From Proteromonas lacertae (lineage: Eukaryota): a stretch of 64,000 nt of DNA. Location: assembly GCA_002245135.1 (NCBI GenBank), contig NGBS01000317.1, positions 1-64,000 on the forward strand, in the 5' to 3' direction. The notes beneath the pieces are model-generated. The model worked only from the letters and a program-made list of their open reading frames with translations. It did not search any database and was not told where the DNA came from. Position 1 is the first letter of the stretch, and each line of letters opens with the position of its first letter. The position numbers and the translations under genes were made by a program. Positions 54,235 to 64,000 of the stretch are shown here, piece by piece.

Positions 54235-54381
54235 TTTAATTTAAATAAGTTATTTATTTGTTTATCTATTCTATGTGAGAAACACAAATCATGTTAATGA
54301 AAAAAACAATCACTTATTTAATCTAGGCTTGATTCTTATCAAACCAATTTGAATAGTTTTTTTTCTGTAGCAAGTGAAATA

Positions 54382-57300
54382 ATGCAATTACACCACAATC
54401 AAGGTAATAATCTCGTATAATCTTACATATTTACTATTTTTAGAACTTTAATGATGTAATTGATACCTTTATTGTATAATTGTATATTTTTTACTGTAGA
54501 TATCAACAAAACTAAGATCTTCTGAATATTCAAATACATTAAAAGTAATGTGTAAGTCTGGGTTAGAAAAAGTGGTGAAGATTTATGACATTACAAGATA
54601 TGATCATGAAATTATAAGTTCATATGTATACATAGTCTATGTATGTATTTTGTGTATAGTTATATTCTGTAAATTTGGTAAATTCTGTTTCTGAGAATCT
54701 GTTTGATTGTAGATGTAGTATAGTAAATGACAAGCTAAACATATACACTCCATATCATAAAAGTGGTTCAATTGATGAAATCGATTTAATTTCTGATGAT
54801 AACACAATTAGAGAGATAATGAGTTGTATATCAAGTCAAATATATCTATTACATTACAATTTATTGTTACATGGAAGACTTAAGCCAAAAAACATTTTAG
54901 TAACAGATAATGGTGATTATATCATAAATGACTATTGTCAATACAAAATGAACAATTTAAGCTACATAGTAGATGATTATTTTTATACTTGTCCAGAATA
55001 TATAAAAGGATTAGAATTAACACAAAATAGTGACATTTATAGTCTGGGAGGGATATTATATTATCTAATATACAGAGAACCACCATTATTAATAGTAGGC
55101 AATAATAATGACAGTAAATATGAAAAATTGTTGAGAAAAATGTTGAATCCAAACCCAATTTTAAGACCTTCCATAGTGGAAGTAATAAATGAATTTCATG
55201 TGAAATATTTTAGTGGAAATAATGAATATATTGTAGAAGAGAAAGATTTAATTGAAATATACAGTAAAAATATGAATTTTTTATTGCAACTAATTACTAA
55301 TCAATTTATAATGAATGACAGTATAATATATGACATTATAGGAAAAAATGAAAGTATATATATATATATATATATATTAAGTAATATTATATATAAATTT
55401 CTATAGAGAAAGTATTGAAAGTTGTAGATTACTTCAACTCAAGCCACGAGTTTATATTAGTCTATTATTTATTAAACCTAAGTTGGAATAATGAAGAGTA
55501 TAACAATATAATAAAAGACAATATAATTCAAGATGAAACTTTTCCAGTAAAGTTATATTATCAATCTAAATATCCATATCAAATGAATTTTACTAGCTTA
55601 ATTCAGTATTTCATGTTTGTAAAAGTTCCATTTGATTTTAACCATTTGAAAGCTTTACAAATATTAAATTTATATAAAGCGAATATATTGTATAAATATA
55701 TTGATAGTTTTGAAATATTTGAATATTTACAAAGACTTAATGTTTCAAGTATATTATAAATAATAATAATAATAATAATAATAGAAATACCATCTATTCA
55801 TAAAAACATCAAACAATTCTCAAGACAATTATACACTTTGAAGAATTTAAAATCATTAAAATTATCACATAACAAACTCACTGATGATGATATCAAGATA
55901 ATATTCAAATATTGTATAGTCTTTCCTTCATTAACTAAACTTCATTTATCTTGTATATATATTATTATTATTATTATCATATAGACAATAATATTGGAAA
56001 TGAAACTGTAAGAACAATTCATCACAATATGAAAAGAATGCCAAAGTTAATACAATTGAATTTATCTGGAGTTTTATTGGATAAAAAGAGTGTTCAGATA
56101 TTGGTATATCATTATTTAACAAGAATAAATCCATTGAAATTCACATTCAGATGTATTTAATATATATATATTGTTATATAGTTATAAACTGTGAAATATT
56201 GGACATTTTACTTGATAATGAGTATATTATATCAAGTAAATATATGTATAAGTGTATTTCAAAATGGCAAAGTATATATATATATATTATAATAATAATT
56301 AGGGTTAATGTTAGAAATAATTAAAAGATATAATAATAGCAACAACAGTTCATATTATTTCGGATTATTGTTTGGACTTGCACTTTCAGAATCAAAGTAT
56401 AGACAATCCATTCAAAATAGAATTAAACCAGTCAATAATCAGAAAGTTTTTATTAATTCTATTAGAAATGAGAATATTATACTTAGCAGTATATATATAC
56501 CCTTTTCACTATCTTCCTCTTTATATTTTTATTTATTTATAGATCAAAATCTTGGTGATAATGGTATAAATGAATTATGTTATACTTTAAAATTTGCTCC
56601 TCATATTATCTCACTTTATCTATCAGGTAATAAGATCAATGATAAATGTATGAATAAACTAAACGAAGTAATTGGAAGATTTAAAGAATTATCACAAATC
56701 TTTCTGGCAAGTATAAAAGTTAATTTTTTTATATATATAAAATATAGATAATTCAATTTCATCTGATTCAATGATTACATTTACATCAGTTGCACAGAAT
56801 TTCCACTCGTTAAATAAACTCATTCTGTACAGACAATCCATTAGGTGATAAATCAATGACTTCACTCTCTGAAAGTTTCAAATATTTTCCATCACTCATT
56901 AATCTGTCACTTCAAAATTGTGATTTTACATCCGTTGGTTTAGAATCAATAGCCAATAATATTCATTATATTACAAATTTGACAATTTTAGCAATTGATT
57001 CGGTATGTTCATCTCAAGAAGCAAATTCATTAATAATGAAGAAAATAGGCTGTTTGAAAAAACTCACAGAATTACACTTCCAATCAAATCAATTAAAAAC
57101 TGAAGAATTCAAAATATTTTGTAATGCTTTAAGTAACTTAACATCATTAGAAATGCTCTATTTTTCAGATAATAAAATCGATGATGAGGGTTTGATATAT
57201 TTCAGTAAATGCATTGATTCTGTAGATTCATTTACAACTATTGAATTTAAAAACAATAATATAGGTGATAAAGGATTTATTGCTTTTGTTGATGTGTTTG

Positions 57301-60197
57301 AATATCTTCCATGGTTACATACACTTGATATGAAAGGTATATATATATATATATATATATCATTGTATAGATAATAATATAACTGAAGTTGGTGCTGAAT
57401 ACTTCTTTAAGAATAACAATGGTAGAGTTGGAACTTGTCATTTTAATGGGAATAATATCAATAGACGTGATAATAGGAGATTATATGCAGAATTGACTCA
57501 GAATGATCCATCTTGTATATATATATATATTCATAATTATAATATATTTATTTAATAGATATTGATCAACAAGATATAACTGACTATGTCAATGATTTAC
57601 CACATGTTACTGATAATCAGTTTAATACAATAGCTATATCTAAGAGTATATATATATAATATTAATATGATTATTATGTCAATAGATTTATTGAAATACT
57701 GTGTGAATATATATAAAGAGAATCATTCTAGAGATGTATTGAGATTTTTAGTCGAATTATTATTAAAGAACTCATTTGTATCAACGAAAAGTTCAATTTT
57801 GGAGAATTTAAATCCAGATTCATGTGAATATAAACTAATCAAATGCATTTATGGAAGTAAATATCTATTCTTAAAAAGTATATATATATATATATATATA
57901 TTATTACTATTTCATGAAATAGATTTGGATATATCTTCGCATGAAATAGATTTTATAATCAATTTTCTACCATTTATAAGAGAATTGAATTCTTTAAATT
58001 TTGATTCTTGCAATATACAAGATAAACAGTTTATAGATTTAATTCATTCACTACACCATAAGACTATAATTAAAAGTTTATCATTTATTGATAATAAAAT
58101 AACAGAAGTAGGATTTAATGAATTAGTCAGTGTAAAAGATGAATATTTTCCAAACTTAAAGGAATTGTATTTGGTTGGTAATAAACTGTCATTAGAGAAA
58201 GAAGGTTATAGATTTATATCACAATTTGATAAGAATTGTATATATTTTCTTCTTCTCCTCCTTATTATTATTATATAGATATTGATTTGAATGAAGTAAT
58301 AGAGATAATAGAAATGAATAAAGAAGAGGAATTGATAGCTAATACAGATAGAGCAACATCCATTGTTAATTCATTAAGTATAATTCTATATATATATATA
58401 TATATATATATAGATTTATTGAAAGATATATACAATTATTATATAGAAAAGAAAGATAAGAGATATTTCTATTTCTTAATAGATTTGTTTATGTCAATTC
58501 CTAGTAGAAAACAGTCAATTGTAAATGCATTAAGTTTACCTAAGTCTTCACCACATAATATCATATTTAAGTCATTTAGAAGTGGATATGAAATAGAATT
58601 GCAAAGTATTTTTTATATATTATTATATGAATAGAATCTAATCTTGATGATATAGATTTCGAATATATTCTTCCAATATTATTAGAAATAAGACATTTAT
58701 CCATTATTGATTTTAATACCAATAATCTAACAGATAAATCAATAATCAAGTTAAGTGATAATTTATCAAATCTATCTTCTCTGGAAAGAATCTATTTTGG
58801 TCGAAATGAATGTTCACCTGAAGGAATTGCTAAATTCAGTGGAAATCTATCGAATATACCAAATTTAAACTCATTAATTCTATTTAGTAATAATGTTGGA
58901 GAATCTGCTAATACGTTAATACAGAATCTATCATCTACAACAAATCTAAAAGTTTTATCACTTTCTACAGCTCAACTGATTGATACATCATTCATATCAT
59001 TTCCATCTGCTGCATATTATATAAAGAATCTAGAAATATTATATTTGAATGAAAATGAAATAACAGATAGAGGTTTGAATTATTTAACAGTAGAAATAAG
59101 TAATTTGAAACAATTAAAAATATTAGAGTTAAGAGATAATATGATAAGTGAAAAAGGAGCTGAAGAACTTATCAATAAAGTTGAAGAATATAATCTCGTC
59201 AATTTAGATCAATTAGTTTTACTAGGAAATCCTATAAACACAACAAATAATCCAAAATTATTAGAAGTAATAAAGAAAAGAAATAAAGATTATATAAGTA
59301 TTGATGAAATATTAAAAGTAGTTAAATCAAATGATTATGAATATGATACTATTAGATTCACAGTCTCAACTTCTTATAAGATATATGAAAGTATAATTAA
59401 CTTATATAACACAACTAAGAATGAGAATACATTTGATTTAATCACTTCAATAGCAATGAATTATTTTGGAAAACATAAAGAAAAACTATTAAAGAATATG
59501 GAATTAAAAGATGATTATTTACGATTAAGATATTGTAATAGTATCAAGTCAAACCTTTTATTTGGAACTGATAATATGGGATATTGTGATAAAGATTCTG
59601 AGTTTATCTCACAACATATTAAATCATTAGATAAATTAGATTCATTGAATATAGAGTATAGTTTATTAGGAGATAGTGGGTTAAGCCAAATATTGGATTG
59701 TTTAGTTGGTTTTCCTAAATTAACTTGTTTATATATGGCTTCAAACAATTTAACTTCTAAATTCATACCATCTTTGTGTAAAATCATGCAAACATGTTCG
59801 ATGTTGAAGTGTTTAACGATGTTTATTAATAGAATTGATGATGAAGGAATTACTGAAATGAGTAATAACTTCAGTTACACAACTAATCTACAAATATTAT
59901 CCATAGGATGTAATTCATTTAGTTATAAAGGAATGGAATGTTTAGCGAATAACCTATCATATTTGAGTTGTTTAGAAGAGTTGTACATTAATGAGAACAA
60001 TGTAGGTAATGAAGGAATTAAGGCTATTTCTGATCAGTTTAGTTGCATTACACAATTGAGGAATTTCAATATTGAAAGTATATATATATATATTATTATT
60101 ATTATTATGTAGGAACAAATATTGATGATGAAGGTTTGATTCATCTTTCTAACAATTTACTGTGTTTGTCATATATATGTGATTTATCAATAGCAGG

Positions 60198-60228
<31 letters not shown>

Positions 60229-62223
60229 ATTATTATTATTATTATTATGTTTTTATAGGTAATAATTATAGTGAAACTTCTATATTGAAATTCTCAGAAG
60301 TTCTTTCACAATTAAGACATTTACAATCACTAGATATCTCAAGTATATATGTTTATTATATTCAATATTATTATAAATAGAGTGTATGATAAATTCAAAA
60401 TCATTTTCTTACATCATCAAATCCACTACTAGTCTTTCAAATCTTAAAGATATGAAAATGAATTGTATATTTTTTATAATTATTATTTTATAGATAATGA
60501 GATAGGAGATGAAGGAATGAAAGTAATGAGTGAATCATATAAGAATCTAGAAGAAATGTCTATTAGATCGTTATTTCTTTCAGGTAATTATTAATGTTAT
60601 TATTATATATACATAGAGAATGGTATAACAGATGTTGGCTTTCATTACTTCATTTCTTGTTTTCCAAAACTTCCAAACCTTTCACAAGTCGTTACTTATA
60701 GTATAAATAAATTTTGATAATATAATATATTGAAATAGATAATAGAATTACAAAAGATGGTATTTTCGAGTTTACAGAGAGTTTATCTTATTTAACGAAA
60801 CTTTGTTCATTGTCATTCAGTGGGACAGATGTGAATGATGAAGGATTAGGATATTTGATGAATAATATAAGTACAATAAAATATCTACAAGAAATATACA
60901 TCTCAAGTATATTTAGATATATAATATTATGAAATAGATAATCATTATGAGATAGAAGGATTTAAATATATATCTCAAATAATATGTAATTCTCATTATC
61001 TTAAAATCGTTAATGTTTCTCGTATATATAAATATATTATTAATTACTATAGAATGTGGAATTGATGATGATAAAATCAAGATTTTATGTGAATCGTTTA
61101 AAGCTATTCCAAAACTAGAAGAAATTGATTTATATATTAATAATATAGGTCCAATGGGATGCAAATATTTAGCTGATTCATTCAAATACATTCCAAAATT
61201 AAAGATGTTATATATTGGAAAGAATAATCTAAAAGATGAAGGTGTTGAATATTTATTGAATGAAATGAGTAATATAACAAAGTTGGAAGAACTGTCACTT
61301 TATCGTATATATTATTCAATATATTAATAGGATGTAAGTTAACAAATAAAACAATTGAAAGAATAGCTTCTCAATTTACTTCATTAACTCAATTAAAACT
61401 ATTATCACTATCATGTATAATCATTATTATAATATTTATAAATAGCTAATAATCTTGATGACAGTTGTAGTAATAATATCTGTAAATGTATAAATGTGTT
61501 TAATAATCAACTATACATTCTCAATTTAAAAAGTATATATATATATATAATTAAACATAATTTTATAGATAACAAATTTACATCATCTGGAATAAGAGAA
61601 ATATTAAAATCTGCATCAGTTTCTTCACATATGAACAGTCTAACATTCTTTAGTGAATATATCACTCATATTGATGAAGATATATATCCATTAGTAGTTA
61701 AATATCAACCAAATTGTATAATTACATATTCATATTTATATAGATACATTGTTGGAAAAAATAAGAAGTATAATAAATGAAGGAAGAAACTCATTAAAAC
61801 CAGAAGAATACAGTTTATTAGAAGAAAGATTCAGTCTTTTTGATGATATTTGTCTTTTATATGATGTTGAAGAAAAGAAAAAGATAATGGTTTTAATTTT
61901 TAATATTTATTTAGTGAAGATTAACTATAGATGCAATATGATACAAAGTTTGACTGTAGATACTCATTCTGTTGTTTATTCAATAATTAGAAGTGTAAAA
62001 GAACAGCATACTTTGGCATTTGAAAGTATATATTTTTAATAATTCTTATGTTATAGATATCGATTTTTCTGAGAGTGATATTAATGAAATTTGTTCATAT
62101 TTACCATACCTAGACGAATTATGGTTTTTAAGATTTAAAAATTGTAGATTAAGTGAAAAGAGTGTTGAAATGATAAAGAAAAATGTGAAATTAATAAAGA
62201 CTTTCCAAGAATTAATAATATAG
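54382..62223 (+). CDS. Giant pseudokinase-[helical cap + RI-type LRR] x6 protein
   Basis: The junctions checked splice in frame through more than 25 short introns. Kinase has VVK, HGRLKPKN, DYC, YTCPE and SDIYSLG, followed by dozens of 28-aa LRRs in six blocks. +1 breaks near 54448 and 56831. Confidence 0.8.
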
Positions 62224-63223
62224 AAGTACTTGATATTTTGGTTTTATGCAGAGAATAAGCATATTTTAAATATTTTATTTAACTACATTATATAACATAA
62301 TGCAGGTTTGATTAGATTATCATATAAATACCTTAATAAAACTGTAAATTTTCTTATTAAACCAATTAACTAATTCACATATTCAAATATCAGAATTTTC
62401 TACAAAAACTAAGCTTTACTTCATTCTAAAAAAAAGAAAATGCAATTATTGATTTGAAGTGATCAAGCCTTAATCAAAGATTTTTCATTTTTTGAATTTA
62501 TCTCTCTGTAGATAAATTTAGTATAGAAGATAAAACCAAAATATCATATAAATTCTACTTAAGTATATTATTTACATGTTTATTCCTTCATGGAGTAGTA
62601 ATGAAATTAATCCAGTTATATCTAGATTAAAACAATGAAAACAGTCAAACAAAGAGCATGCGCTTAGATATATTGTTTTTGACATTCTTCTGAGAATTTC
62701 GATTTATTTCAACATAATTTAATAAATATCACTTAAAAATATTTGTTACGCTTAATGTTTGTGGTACTTAATTCATCTGTAAGATTTATAATTGAATAAA
62801 TGAATTAATTGAAATATAGAGTGTTTGAAATGAAAAGGACAATGTATATTATGAAAGTTATCGACTTATTGATTATGAATTATGTAAAGATTGGCATATA
62901 AAACTATAATAAACAAATCTAAATTGATATTTTTACTTTTTTATTCAAGATAATATTATTTATACTATTAATTTATGATCTATTATAGAAATCGATTGAT
63001 TTACCATAACAATTATTTAGCCAAAAGTAATGTGAAAAACAAAAATGTCAACATTTAAAGAATAGTATTATATAATTATCCAATTTAGCAATATTGATGT
63101 TTTTACATTATGAAACCAGAAATAATCCACTCTAATATGTAAATCAAGCTGAATTAACACAAAACCGTTACAACAAAGTAACGACTATAATTTCGTTCTC
63201 AAAAATTCTTAGCCAATAAAATC

Positions 63224-64000
63224 ATGCATTTGATTGATTTTGTTTTTATTGCTATTCTTGTTACAGTAGGAGCTGAGAGCAGTGGCGTCTACTATAACAA
63301 GACAGTTGAGGTAGAAGTGGACTCAGGAGGTAACTACTATTTAGGTGTTAATTCGAAGAGTTACAAGATTGAAAATGCTGCCGAGTTCAAATTGGAATCT
63401 GGAATGAGTATATCAAGCTATGAGTTTGTTAAGATGAAGAGACAAGTTCATCTTCACTCTTATCAATACCTGCCAGAGTCAGAAGAGAATGAAAAACGTA
63501 TGCTTGGTAGTAGTGGATGGTCCAAAAATTTAGAAGGTAAAAGAAACATCCGAGTGAAAGTGTGGCGTATAATGTGGTCCATGGCTAGTAAATATGCTGG
63601 TGAATGTATTTCCACAGAGCTGATGAGAGAGTTATTGTTCCATGTAGATTATGCTGCTAGAATCTGGTCTGGAAATCGAGTTTCCGTAGATGCAAAGAAT
63701 TCTTTTATATCTGATTGTATTTATGCACTTGGTGAAACTGATTACTATTACGAGAGTGAAGCGCCTGCATTTGTTAGTATATTACAAGAAAGAGTTCCTG
63801 ATTTACCCGAAACTAGAGATAATTATGCTTCTGTTATCTATATGATAGGTCGAGTTCGAGTCACTGCAGGTGGTTGGGCAGGAATGGGTATAGTGAGTAA
63901 TTTTGGTACTTGGTCATCTCAAACAAATACAAAATGGACAATAGTGAATGGTTATGGTGGTTATCCAAATTGTCCTTGTTATTCAACTGCCCTTGTTCAT
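63224..64000 (+). CDS. Secreted zinc metallopeptidase candidate (gametolysin/M11-like), truncated by the window end
   Basis: Open frame from ATG 63224 to the window edge. Signal peptide MHLIDFVFIAILVTVGA, GWAGMG, and the frame ends STALVH, the expected start of HExxH. Confidence 0.6.
   Translation, partial: MHLIDFVFIAILVTVGAESSGVYYNKTVEVEVDSGGNYYLGVNSKSYKIENAAEFKLESGMSISSYEFVKMKRQVHLHSYQYLPESEENEKRMLGSSGWSKNLEGKRNIRVKVWRIMWSMASKYAGECISTELMRELLFHVDYAARIWSGNRVSVDAKNSFISDCIYALGETDYYYESEAPAFVSILQERVPDLPETRDNYASVIYMIGRVRVTAGGWAGMGIVSNFGTWSSQTNTKWTIVNGYGGYPNCPCYSTALVH

Noticed and set aside
1..64000. Alternative genetic code to explain the fragmented ORFs
   Set aside because: Short GT-AG introns remove the in-frame stops, and TAA, TAG and TGA all terminate genes here.

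Overview
Very AT-rich, gene-dense eukaryotic DNA with about 27 protein-coding genes. Most are split by short (about 25-60 nt) GT-AG introns, so the ORF track shows only fragments. Tiny introns, short intergenic gaps, GT-rich 3' elements (including TGTTTGTT) and the gene families suggest an opalinatan stramenopile such as Blastocystis or Proteromonas; this is an inference. Recognisable genes are PRMT5, a GLE1-like gene, a SAC3/THP3-family gene, a CIPK/SNF1-like kinase, a CDF zinc transporter, tandem HACD dehydratases, IQCA1/DRC11, a DZIP1-like gene and a CBM48-CBM20-TPS/TPP protein. The strongest candidate for an undescribed system is a pseudokinase-[helical cap + 28-aa LRR]n receptor family: an about 7.8-kb gene whose LRRs lie on symmetric phase-1 exons of 84 nt or multiples, plus a shorter paralog. 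Also notable are a RUN-RhoGAP-ELMO-TLDc fusion, several apparent pseudo-enzymes and an oriented GCTTGA promoter motif. About a dozen frame breaks are most likely assembly indels. No rRNA, tRNA, CRISPR array or clear transposon was found. Gene models were spliced by eye and family calls come from motif recognition, not database searches.
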